A stretch of 63,820 nucleotides of DNA, counting the filler, from Globobulimina sp. (lineage: Eukaryota): the NCBI GenBank assembly GCA_003354225.1. It is 22 parts of 22 records of this genome, joined end to end, with 100 filler letters (N's around TTAATTAATTAA, not from the genome) between each part and the next. Parts side by side here need not be neighbours in the genome. Positions count along the whole stretch, not along the records: positions 20,350 to 23,155 come from PIVH01004804.1; positions 23,256 to 26,061 come from PIVH01004805.1; positions 26,162 to 28,966 come from PIVH01004806.1; positions 29,067 to 31,871 come from PIVH01004807.1; positions 31,972 to 34,776 come from PIVH01004808.1; 17 more parts are not named here. One strand, 5' to 3'. The notes under the pieces were generated by a model that saw only the letters and a program-made list of their open reading frames with translations, ran no database searches and had not been told where the DNA came from. The translations under genes were made by a program, and so were the position numbers. Position 1 is the first letter of the stretch; every line of letters begins with the position of its first letter. Shown one piece after another: positions 21,123 through 32,719 of this stretch.

Positions 21123-22766
21123 ATGGGCACAAACACGCAATGGGTGGCGTTAGCTGTATTAACATCAATTTTATGGTTCGTGGTGGGCCCAATATGTATA
21201 TGGTCGTTATACAAATACCATAGTCACAGATTAAGCATAATTATTCAAAAACGATGTTATGGCGTAACCATGGCTTATGGGGTTTGTATAATATTCTTCA
21301 TAATGGTAGAACGTCCATTATATTTACTTAATAATATCCTTTTTGGATTTGGTGCTCTGACAGAAGTCAGTGCAATTTATATTTTTTTTTGTTTATTATT
21401 ATTTCAAATAACTACTTATGCTCCAATTTGGCTGATGATTTTAAAATATTGGTATAAATTATTTTACATTTTCCAGTGTATAAAATCGTAGTGTTTGTGT
21501 ACAAAAAGGAAAATTTTTTATAGTATTAAATGGGCGCAAGCTACAATGAATGGAAAATGGAAAGTTCATTTAAATCATGTCGAGTTAAAGAAAAATTGGT
21601 ATCTCAAAAACAAAGGCAAATACGGATCGGTTCATTTTATGCGAAAAATTGCGTTTTTATGTTGGTTTGTGTTGAGCGCGATGTCTGTTTTTTCAATTAA
21701 AGTAATCCGTTTGTATAGCACAACAATGTTTATATCTATTCAACTCGCTGTGGGTATGATTCCTGCAATAATACTGCCACTTTGTTTATATTTTCCTATT
21801 CGCGCCTTTCGTGACTCATTTTATATCGTAAAAGAAATAAAATATTTAACAATTATTATGATTGTATCAGCAGTGTTCTATGTAATAGTCAATGGATTGA
21901 GTAGTAACGATCATATTTCATATTTTAGCCGTGCATTGATATTGGTAATATATACTGTGATGACGAGTGTATTCATGTTATTGACACAGACAGCTGTTGT
22001 CTTGCGGAGTGTTTCTAAATTGTTATCCAATGTGAATGTTAATGGTAGTTATCGTACATCTTTTTTATCGCGGACGCAGATTAAAAGCCAAAGTGATGAT
22101 GACAATATTGACAATAATGCTCAATTAAGTGATTTAAGCCCAAGTAGTGATGCTGAAATAATTTATGATGAAACAAAGGAACATGTACAGCAAAAGAAAA
22201 AAATGTATTTAACAGATATATTAGAATCAGAATATTGGTTTGAACGATTTGCAGCACATTTGATTGGTGAATGGAGCATGGAATTAATACTTTGTTTTGT
22301 TGAATTCTCTCAGTTTCAACAACTTGTTAATGGCGATGTGCATGTTGATGATAAACGTTTTAGTCCGATGCAGAATGCATTATTCCGAAATACGTCAATA
22401 CCAAAATCATTTGTGGTGTATAATGACATAAAAGATGTTATGAAATCATTTAATATCAATGGCAGTGTCAGTGAGCTTAATATTGATAAATTAACAGAAT
22501 ACAAAATCAGAGCATTTGCATTGTATGCAAAATATATTCAAACTAGCAGTGAATTGGAAATTAATATATCATATTCTCAGAAAGCAGCGTTGGATAAACT
22601 GTTAAAAGAAAGATATATGTTTATGAATAACATTAAACTCACAGAAGATGAATTATTTTGTTTATTCAGTCAAGTTATTGAGGAAATATCAACTTTATTA
22701 CATTTTTCGTTTTATAGATTTGTAACTGATGGTAAATGTGTTGAGTTGTCATCGCTAAGCAAATGA
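21123..22766 (+). CDS. 7TM-RGS protein
   Basis: join(21123-21451, 21509-22766) with a 57-nt intron. Seven TM segments, then RGS motifs FAAHLIGEWSMELILCFVE and LYAKYIQTSSELEINIS. Confidence 0.88.
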
Positions 22767-23377
22767 GTGTAAGGATATGTACTCTGTTTTTATCAGACTT
22801 ACTATGTTTTTTATTTTTTTATTTTGATCCGACTTATTATGTTTTTTATTATGAACTGTAAATATCTGATCATTCAAATAACTGTTTCTATTTAGACAGT
22901 TTCTGGAATTTTTTCAGCTTTTTTTATATTATTCACAACATTTGTAAAGTTTAATTGTATTTCAGTCATTATTATATTATTTAGTATTATTAATAATATG
23001 ACCTGTTTGAAAAGACTTTCCTTTTGAGATTGTATACATTATCAAGGTTTTTGGCTTAACGATATATTCCATTTGACTTTTTAGGCTTAAACTTCTAAAC
23101 ACTTCTTTTGTGATTGGCAAGGTTTTTGGGTTAGCTAGAGTGGTTTTCAACCTAGNNNNNNNNNNNNNNNNNNNNNNNNNNNNNNNNNNNNNNNNNNNNT
23201 TAATTAATTAANNNNNNNNNNNNNNNNNNNNNNNNNNNNNNNNNNNNNNNNNNNNTTTTTTGTATATCTCCCTCATATATATGTAAAAAAAAAACAGGAT
23301 ACTGAATAAAAACAATGAATATTTACAAAATTAAAAATAAAGGGATTGTTTTCTGTAATATGAATTATTTATGTTGA

Positions 23378-24740
23378 TTATAAATGATATGATGCTAAAA
23401 ACGAATGTCTTCGAGCATTTGATAGTGATATTCGACGTTTTGGGTCTAATCGGACCAAGTTATCCAATAAATCAATAACATTTCGTTGCATAAAATTAAA
23501 TATAATATGTTTTTTAGTCCACGGTGTTTTACTAAATCGAGGAAATGTTGGTTGGAAATATCTTAACGATTCAACCGCATTCCAATTATTCCTTGATGGC
23601 GTCCCTAAGAGTCTGTATATTCATATTGTTATTGATAGTTTGTATGGTTTAGTTTTGAGTTGCTTGTGTTTGTCTATTTGTATTTTGATAACCCGCTTAT
23701 TAACGTAACAGTACATTTGTGTGTTTGTGTAATACGTTCAGTATATACAAAATATAAGACTCTGGAAATTCATGTCAGACAGATAAATATATATGCATTA
23801 ACTGAAATATTTTCATTATGGTTTCGATTTGAGATGAAGATGGAAATAAAGGTTGATTTGTAATTAATTCATATAAAACACAGCCAATGGCCCAAACATC
23901 GACAGATTTATCATAATCATTACATCCTAATAATAATTCAATTGGTCGATACCACAACGTAACAACTTCTGTAGTTAATGATAAATTTGGTTGATTGTTA
24001 CCTCTCGCGAGTCCGAAATCTGCTATCTTCACTTTAAAAACATAACCATTGCCATTACCTGCCGATGACAAGAATAGTAAAATATTTTGCGGCTTGATAT
24101 CTCGATGGATAATTTTAATGGAATGTAAAAATGACACCGCTGAAATAATTTGAATCAAAATCGTTTTTATCAATGATATTGTGATAATATTCGTTTTTTT
24201 ATTATTTCCGACAAAATTAAAATTATCTTTTTGGTAATATTTATTCCAAAATTTCTTTAAATCAAAATGCGCTCTTTCAAAGACCAAATAAATTATTGAT
24301 TTTCTTGCTTCCTGGTTCATATCCAACAAAGATATAATATTTTCATGTTTTATCATTTTTAATAAACCAATCTCGCGAATTGTTGTTGGACATAATAAAG
24401 CGTTGGTTTCTTGAGGTTTAATCACTTTAATCGCAACATTTACGCCTAATATTCGATCATATGCTGCATAGACAGTACCATATGCTCCCGAACCTAATGC
24501 TTTGTCATTTGGGTGAAATACAAATCGCGCATTCTCATTACGTCCACGTCGATGATGACTACTTCGATCATTACTACGTTTATGGTTACTTTTCTTAACA
24601 TCTCTCATTTTCCAATTATTGCTATCATCATTATTATTTGATTGAGTGTTGCTGCTTAATAGATCTGTACGTATACCCAAATGTGGTCGAAACCTTGTAT
24701 TATTTCTTGATATTTCTTGTAGTGGTGGTCGATAAGCCAT
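23378..24740 (-). CDS. Cyclin-dependent kinase with N-terminal extension (CPTTIRE helix)
   Basis: join(23803-24740, 23378-23612). GSGAYG, VAIK, PTTIREI, HRDIKPQN, ADFGLAR, EVVTLWYR. Exon 2 supplies LLGTP..FP..LDPKRRIS..H.F. Confidence 0.92.
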
Positions 24741-24873
24741 TGTATTCAATATCAACAATATATATGTTTATTTGTGTATAAAAAAAGAAGAATCGCAAAC
24801 AAAATCTACGTCAGTAAAGAGTTGTTTAGGCGAAAAAGTATAAAGATTTTGTTTCATCTAAAAAATGCTCGGC

Positions 24874-26061
24874 ATGGATGCAACGGAACAGTCACAAGGA
24901 ATGTCACAAGAAATGTCACAAGGAATGTCGCAAGGAATGTCAATGGAAATGAATACATTGCCGCTGGAACAATCCATGACTATATCCGATGTTGATTGGA
25001 AAAACGGTATTTTAATATTTTAATTAATCTCTTGATGAAACAAAAATTATTTCCAATACAGATCTGTATAACGTCATCGCTGAGGATGAAAAACAATTCA
25101 CCGCATTATCCGAAGAAGACACTGAATTTGAAGATCCTAAAGCTCTTTACGAGCAATCGTGGGGAGTGTATTTTGCTGAAAGATCCGGGGAAATGGGCGA
25201 TCTCTCAGGAACATCTACTTTCAGAGTTATGTGTTTGCCTTCAATTTAACAATGAATAAACAACCAATTGCATTGATACACACAATACTAATTTAGCCGC
25301 AATTTTCGCCTCCAAACCCATTTACGAGACAGATCCGGTCAATGGTATTTCATATGTTTTTTTGTCTGTGATATTGATACCTTATATTTATTATAATGAT
25401 AAGCCGCAAACCCCGCCCGATAGGCTGAGCATTAGTTTCTTGAATAGATCACAAAGTGCTCCACCAACGTTGCCGTCGAAAATGAAAAAAAGCCTATACA
25501 ACGCACGATTGTTATGTACAGTTTCTTTCTTTATTTTATGCGATCGGAATTGTGTTAAAATGTATACAAATATCTATCAGAAATAGATGGCAGTTGCAGA
25601 GTGATGATACCATGGATTTAGATATGGAGGTTGACACCGAAGAAGTCGCAAAATTGTCTCTGGAAGATCTGATGTTGGAAGATCTGATGTCACCAAATCA
25701 AAATAATAGAAATGCAACTTATGTTTCACTAAATTTTGATCCCGAGATAAATACCTTAAGTCCAATAGATGCAGCTGATACAGATGACGATCGAAAGACA
25801 AACAGTGTTTGTGTCAGTAATTTATTGCCGCAATTTGAAGATTGTTCACTCGATGATTTTGAAAATGGAAATTCAACAGAATTAAATGATGCGATTCACT
25901 CTGCCATTGAAAGAAGACGATCATTTGAACCTGATCTTGTAATAAATCGCTCACATATTAACACTTCAAATATACAAAGATTACCAACGACGGTATGTGA
26001 CAATGATATAACAAGACTGGAAATGAGGCATATTAAACAATATCACAATTTTATACAATTT
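24874..26061 (+). CDS. Five-exon disordered protein with SQ repeats and SP/TP sites, 3'-truncated
   Basis: Phase-consistent exons 24874-25006, 25062-25225, 25297-25344, 25404-25510, 25581->26061. N-terminus MDATEQSQGMSQEMSQGMSQG. Confidence 0.65.
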
Positions 26062-26161
26062 NNNNNNNNNNNNNNNNNNNNNNNNNNNNNNNNNNNNNNN
26101 NNNNNTTAATTAATTAANNNNNNNNNNNNNNNNNNNNNNNNNNNNNNNNNNNNNNNNNNNN

Positions 26162-27024
26162 AACATTCAGAACAGAAACATATAGAATACAATGTACAAC
26201 AGAAACATTGTTGAGCTCTCATGATACCTTAAACGTTGTGAGTTTGGCCTGGTTGATTGCCCGCCAATATCAATGATATTAATATCCGTTTTATTTTCAT
26301 TGATCTCATTTTCTAAATATCTCAATATTTTATCATTGTTATTAATCCATTGACCACCATCGCTAAAACTATCCGGTGTTATATTTAATATCGCCATTAA
26401 TAATGTTTTATGCATTAATGAATGATTGCAATTGTCGATATAATGAAACAATTCGTTTTCAGAATGTTTCGGATTTTGAGGCATTTTCAGTGGTAATATT
26501 TGCATTAAATTATGCGATGTGATATTGTTATTTAACAATGTTTGAGCTAATTCAGAAACAGTTTTATTCGAAGTTAATAATGGTTTATAATTCGGAAAAA
26601 TATCCGCCAATGGAGTTAATACAAAATTTCTTTCTGATATGCATGGATGAGGTATTTGTAATGGATTGTTTCCATTGTCTGTAATATGAATTTCTTTTGA
26701 ATTCTCCTCAAAACCGCATAAAATATCTATGTCAATAACACGCGGTCCATTGTTAAAATTCTCCTCGCGTTTCATAATATTTTTTTCAATGTTTTTAAGT
26801 TTATTTAACAGATTTGGTGGATCTAATGATGACTCAATGTGAATGGCAGCATTTAAAAATGATGATTGTTGCGTGTAATACAATGCCTGTGATTCATAGA
26901 GAAAAGATGTTTGTTTCACGTTTGCAATCGAGTGGATGTGTTGTATGCATTGTGTCAGATTGAAGATACGATGGCCGATATTGCTGCCTAATCCCAAATA
27001 ATATGTAAAAATGGATTTTGACAT
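26162..27024 (-). CDS. Bifunctional HPPK-DHPS folate synthesis enzyme, 3'-truncated
   Basis: YLGLGSNIG, TSFLYES, FLNAA, GPRVIDIDIL, QIPHP..ERNFVL.PL, then MAILNITPDSFSDGG and IIDIGGQSTRP. Probable intron begins near 26227. Confidence 0.95.
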
Positions 27025-27114
27025 CTGATAATTAAAGTTTTTTTTCTGAGAATATCTAAAACATATCGCAATCCTTTCAGAAACGTGTAATCGTCGGAAT
27101 TGATTGGATATATT

Positions 27115-28572
27115 ATGTGTGAAACGGTTAGTTGGTTGAAAGCGCGTCGTATTGTGAATGAAACAAACAAGCAAACATTAGTATCACATTCAAACGATAT
27201 TTTGGAATGTTTTGGTGGCATTGAACAATGTTTAGCTATTTTATTAGAAAATAGATATCATATCAATACTATTCAAGCAATTAAACTCAGTGATATGTTA
27301 ACAGAGATTAACAACAAAAAAACAAATGACCAAATTAATATTATCACTGATGAAATCATGGAAAAACCAGATATTCAGATTGTAACAACAACTTTTTACG
27401 ACATTGGTGTAGAGTGCATTCAACATATCACCACATTTTTAACCACCAAAAACATTGCCAAATCATTTAATAATGTATGTGCATCGTTTGCCATTATTGG
27501 AGTTACAGAATCTCGGAAAGCGGATTATTTTTTTATGAATGGACATGACTTAATCATCGAAAATAAAAATAAAAAGAGTCTAAATAAATATACAAATAAA
27601 ATTGGATTTGGTAATTTGTCCGCATTGAAGCAATACAGAATATTTAAAGATGAAACACTTGGATTATTATTGAGAAAACTAGCAATTGAATTTAATATTC
27701 CTTTGCAACATTTATCACTTTGCATTTTGAATTATTGTGATTATAACGATGTGGATGTATATCCAAATCGTTTACATGAAATCACTCTAAATTGGAATGA
27801 GGAAAAACAAGGAGAAATGGAGGTAATCACACAAGAAATGATATTGACTCACACAATGGCAACACGCCCATATCTGGATTTCAAGTCAATTGACTCAATT
27901 CATACAAGAATTGGCAATATCAGTCAACGTGCAGTTATGTTTTTTATTTTCTTTCAGTATATCGACTTAATACTGTATAAAATGACTTCACTGTAAACAA
28001 TATAGAGAAGATTTGTTTTATTGGACAAACGAAAAATACCAACCATATCAGATGCTGCCACTGGCACTGGTTTGGACCACCAATCAGATCGCGATCGAAT
28101 GTTAATTGGTATAAAATATTTTGATGTATTTTCACAAAGATTATATTTTGTGGATTGGGTTTATGTCATCTTACGTATTACAAGAATTGTAGATATAGCG
28201 CATTACATTGAAAATAATTTAATGTCGAATGATAGGCATTATTTTCAAAAATGTAAAAAATATTTGAAAAAAATAAGGCAATTTAAAAGTAATATAATGG
28301 TCGATAATTTTATATTTTATGACGAAGAGGCAAAGCAAGAAGTATATGAAACAACATATGATGCGTTGTTTGATTATAATTTGTATGTTTATGGGGATAT
28401 TTTAGTGTTCCAATTAAATGCAAACCATACATATTTTAAGAACCATGCAATCAGAGTTGAGACAGATTTGAGTCAATTACAAGCCACTGTTTATCAAAGA
28501 GCTGATACTTTCATGCAATCACTGCCATACAATGTTAATGATTGCTTGCATAATTATGATGAATTACGATGA
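27115..28572 (+). CDS. F-box-like motif plus USP7 UBL1-2-like domains
   Basis: join(27115-27933, 28006-28572). FYDIGVECIQHITTFL...VCASF; YRIFKDETL...LAIEFNIPLQHLSL; IGIKYFDVFSQRLYF..FYDEE..YGDILVFQ. Confidence 0.65.
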
Positions 28573-29194
28573 TTCGAAATACTTTTGACTGCGCTGTCTT
28601 TTTATCAACAAACTTATTAATTCTCAACTTAAGCTTATTTAATCTAATTAATCATATCCGATTGCAGACTCACACATTGCTTGAACATCTCTGTGGTGGA
28701 TGAAAGTTTTTCTAGTAGGGGGGACTATTTAACCTTCTTTTTTTTCAAAAAAGAAGTCTGACCGATACACTAAACACGCTTTCACGTTTCCTCCTGACTC
28801 AAGAGAAGGATACACCAAAGAATCAACGTCATAAACCCATGTGCAGGGAAGGATACACCAAAGGGCCTTACACATGTTTGGATGGAATAGTATTGCCATT
28901 ATTGGAGTTACAGAATCTCGGAAAGCGGATTATTTTTTTATGAATGGACATGACTTAATCATCGAANNNNNNNNNNNNNNNNNNNNNNNNNNNNNNNNNN
29001 NNNNNNNNNNTTAATTAATTAANNNNNNNNNNNNNNNNNNNNNNNNNNNNNNNNNNNNNNNNNNNNAAAATGAACCCCAAATGAATGGAATATGAACATA
29101 TGAATAAAAAATATTTGTTGACTGAACAAACACAAATAAATGAAAAAAAAAACAATTAAAAACTTATAATTAACGGTGGAATGAATAGAATAAA

Positions 29195-31180
29195 TTATTG
29201 ATAATATTGTGGCTGATAATATTGTTGCTGCGATGATCTTTGTTGATAGTGATTATTCTGCGGATATCCATTAATAAGAACCTGTGGATTTGGTTGTGAT
29301 GATTGATAATATTGTGGCTGTACATATGCTTGTTGTTGACTTTGATTTTGACTCTGATTAATAACCAATGGATTGGCCATCAATGCGTTGATATTGGCAG
29401 CAGATAATAATAACTGTGACGTATTGGCCTGGGAATAGGTTGTATGCGCAGGGGCTGTGCCATATGCATGCTGTACATGTTGTGCTTGGCTTTGCGTTTG
29501 TGTTTGAGTCTGAGTCTGAGTTAGAGTTTGTGGCTGATAATGATACGATGTCGCATGAGGTGGAGCATATGTATGTTGCTGCAGATTACTGCCATTCTGA
29601 TTGTTTTTGATGGACAACGAGCCAATCATCGATGATAATTGATTGTAAGCAGCGGTGTTGGCCGCGGATGGATTGATCGATAAGGCACTGGCCGGAATAT
29701 TTGTATTCGCCACCGGCAAACCAACGGTTCTCGCCATATCTTCATAAGTGACCCGAAACAATTCAATATAGCGTCGACCGATGTAATTGCGATGTCGACT
29801 CATTGCTTTATCCGTATCCGAGATGCAATAAAATTCCACATAGGCCTCTGCGCCATCTGCCTTCCGATGTATCCGTATCGGAGTCACATCAATCTCTTGA
29901 AAGAATTTTGTAATATCACTCTCCGTGCACGAATATGGCAGTCCTCGCATCAAAATGCACGTCGATTTTGGTTGCGGGCCATTGCGCGAGTTGTACCATC
30001 CAGTGGTTAGACCGAGTGCTCTCATCAGCTCTTCTGGCGAGGAACGGAATAACTCAATGTATCTATGAGCCATATGGTGCCTATGCTTGGCCATAGCCGC
30101 AATCGCATCCACTTCGCTAAAAAACTCGACAAAGCCTTCCCCAGACGGCCGCCCTAAATCGTCCTTAATCAAATGAATGCCGGTCGGCGAGGGCTGCGCA
30201 AAAAAATCAATCACGTCTTCATCCGTCGCACTGTACGGTAAGCCCCGCATTCTTATCACATATTGAGATTTTGGAGGACGTGCCGGTGGTCGGACAGCTC
30301 TGCCCGCCGCGGTATCAATTTCCATTGCGGTGGATTTAAATATTTCAATGTATCGGTGTCCGATATGATGCCGGTTTTTTAAGAATGCAGTCTGAAACGA
30401 GTTCACATCGGCAAACTCCACCAGAGCCTCACCAGAGGCTCGACCATCGGTCAAAAATACAATTTGAACCTCGGTTATGTTTTCCTCGCAAAAAAAATCA
30501 CTTATTTCTGGCTCGCGGGCACTCCATGGAAGGCCCCGCAATCTCACCACATAACGAAGACCAGTTTTTTCCTTTGAATCCTCTTTGACAGTCTCGTCAT
30601 TGCCATCCTCTTTGTTACTAATTTCCGTTTTTAATTCTTTGCTGAATTGCTCGCTCATTTCGTGTTTGGTATCGTATGCTTCATCGTCATCAGCAACAAC
30701 TTTTAGCTCTTCATCCGTTTCTTTCTTATGGTTATTGATGATATGTATAGGACATTCTTCTTTATTATCTGTTTGGTCGGCGATGCGTGAAATGTTTAAT
30801 TTGCCTTTTAATTTTATGCGTGAAATGTATATTGAATGAGGAGTAATATATAATATAATATAATATAATAACTTGGTCCTTTTTTGATTGGACATTGAAT
30901 GTCAATGATGGCTCCATTGTATAAGTCTGTGGATGGATTTTGCAAACGAGTGAATGCACCATCATTATTTACTAAATTGAAATCAAAATCTTGTATCACC
31001 ATTTTTTTCACATCAAATAATTCCTTAAATGTTGACAATACATCATCAATGGTACATTTCTTTAATAATGATTCTGTCATACGTTTGTCATATATGCCAT
31101 TACAACAAAAACAAAACAAAAAAAGAAAAAAGATGTTAACTTGTTCTCGATTCTCCGTTGAAATGAAATTCAATTTGCAT
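29195..31180 (-). CDS. hnRNP F/H/GRSF1-like protein with three qRRMs, N-terminal beta-grasp-like domain and Q/Y-rich tail
   Basis: join(31141-31180, 30873-31073, 29195-30804). Three repeats of (R/M)GLP(W/Y)S...I..FF...VEF...RYIE(I/L)F. Confidence 0.9.
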
Positions 31181-31515
31181 TGTTTTTATTTTAATTTAAA
31201 TGTATGTTTGCTCGGTAAAATATAAATAATAAACCCTGACTTAAAGAATCAAAGATCATGTAAAACCCAAAAAATCCCAAAAAAAAAACTGTTTTCACTA
31301 AACTACAGTATCTTTCGATTGATGCTGATAATTTTATTATGCTATTTTAAAATCAGTTTTTTCTTTGATACCAAACGTTTCAATACTTATGTGAAAACCT
31401 TTCAAGAGTAAGTATAATTCAGAATCCTTTCGTAAGGACTAAACTCTGAAAGGTATAACTAAAGTCAACTTCTTGGCAGAACGACCCAATCTCGACAGTC
31501 AAACTAAACACCACG

Positions 31516-31871
31516 ATGAAGAAAAATAGAGATCAGAACACCAAAAACAGATCACCGCAACAAATACTTAAAGGAAAGAAACGCCCACAGAAACCGGCAC
31601 CATCCAATAAATTTGTACTGAACACATTATATTCGCAACATAATAAAATAATCAATGACATCAAGAACATTCAGAAAGATTTGGAGCCCTTAGGTGAGAA
31701 AAAAGAAGACGTGGCCCACAGAAGTAAACAAAACGCCGTCCTACGACAATTAACTGAAAATAAAAGAAAACTATCGAGGAAAATACAGAATTTGGAGCTG
31801 ACGATGGCGAAAAAAGGAAAAAGAGGGCAGGAGAGAATATCCGTGGCAATGCCCATTAATCGCAATAAAAA
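31516..31871 (+). CDS. Basic coiled-coil hypothetical protein, 3'-truncated
   Basis: Open from ATG to contig end, K/R-rich, no recognisable domain. Confidence 0.5.
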
Positions 31872-31975
31872 NNNNNNNNNNNNNNNNNNNNNNNNNNNNN
31901 NNNNNNNNNNNNNNNTTAATTAATTAANNNNNNNNNNNNNNNNNNNNNNNNNNNNNNNNNNNNNNNNNNNNCATT

Positions 31976-32647
31976 TTAGACACCGATATTGATGTCAAGC
32001 TTTGCTGGCCATTTATTTCTTTTTTTGTATGATTTAATTTTATTTTCCTGATTCTGACAGTCAATATTTTCCAAAATGCCAGACGGCGGTGCCAATTCTG
32101 AGTCATTTGGAAGCGATGTAGTATACCAACTGACAGATTTCATTTTGATTGATGTTGGAGATGTGATATATGGTTTATAGTCAATTGTTTTTAATTTTAA
32201 TTTCTTGTTCAAATTGAAAATTTCGTGTTGGTGCACAAAATTATGATGTTGCAGCAAGTCGATTTCATCATCTTTATAAATATTTTCTTGTTGTAATCTG
32301 TCCGTTTTATCACCAAGTCTGGCTATTTTTTTTTGAAGGGCATCTATCTCTTTTTGATATTTTGTATCCGTATTTTTTGCTTGTTGTTTTTCGATATTTA
32401 GGTGTTGTTTCATTGAAGAAAACTCTATTTTTTGCTTTGATATTTGCAGTTGTAATGAATCAATTTTTTTGATATATTTCTCTTTTTGTCGGCTATATTT
32501 ATATTTCCATTCTGCTTCGATTTGTTCATATTTTGATTTGTGTTGTTCACATAACATTTTTAATATTGTAACTTTTTCTTGTAAAATAAAATTAGCTGCG
32601 CCAATGTAACTGGTATTCGTTTTATTTGCGAGAGAAATGTGTTCCAT
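31976..32647 (-). CDS. Coiled-coil hypothetical protein
   Basis: 223-aa K/Q/E-rich ORF with heptad character. Confidence 0.65.
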   Translation of the reverse strand: MEHISLANKTNTSYIGAANFILQEKVTILKMLCEQHKSKYEQIEAEWKYKYSRQKEKYIKKIDSLQLQISKQKIEFSSMKQHLNIEKQQAKNTDTKYQKEIDALQKKIARLGDKTDRLQQENIYKDDEIDLLQHHNFVHQHEIFNLNKKLKLKTIDYKPYITSPTSIKMKSVSWYTTSLPNDSELAPPSGILENIDCQNQENKIKSYKKRNKWPAKLDINIGV

Positions 32648-32719
32648 TGATAGTCGAGTGAAAGAATATCAAAATGTTAAAAGCATTTTCTCCAAAAGGC
32701 TGAAGTACCGAAACACATA

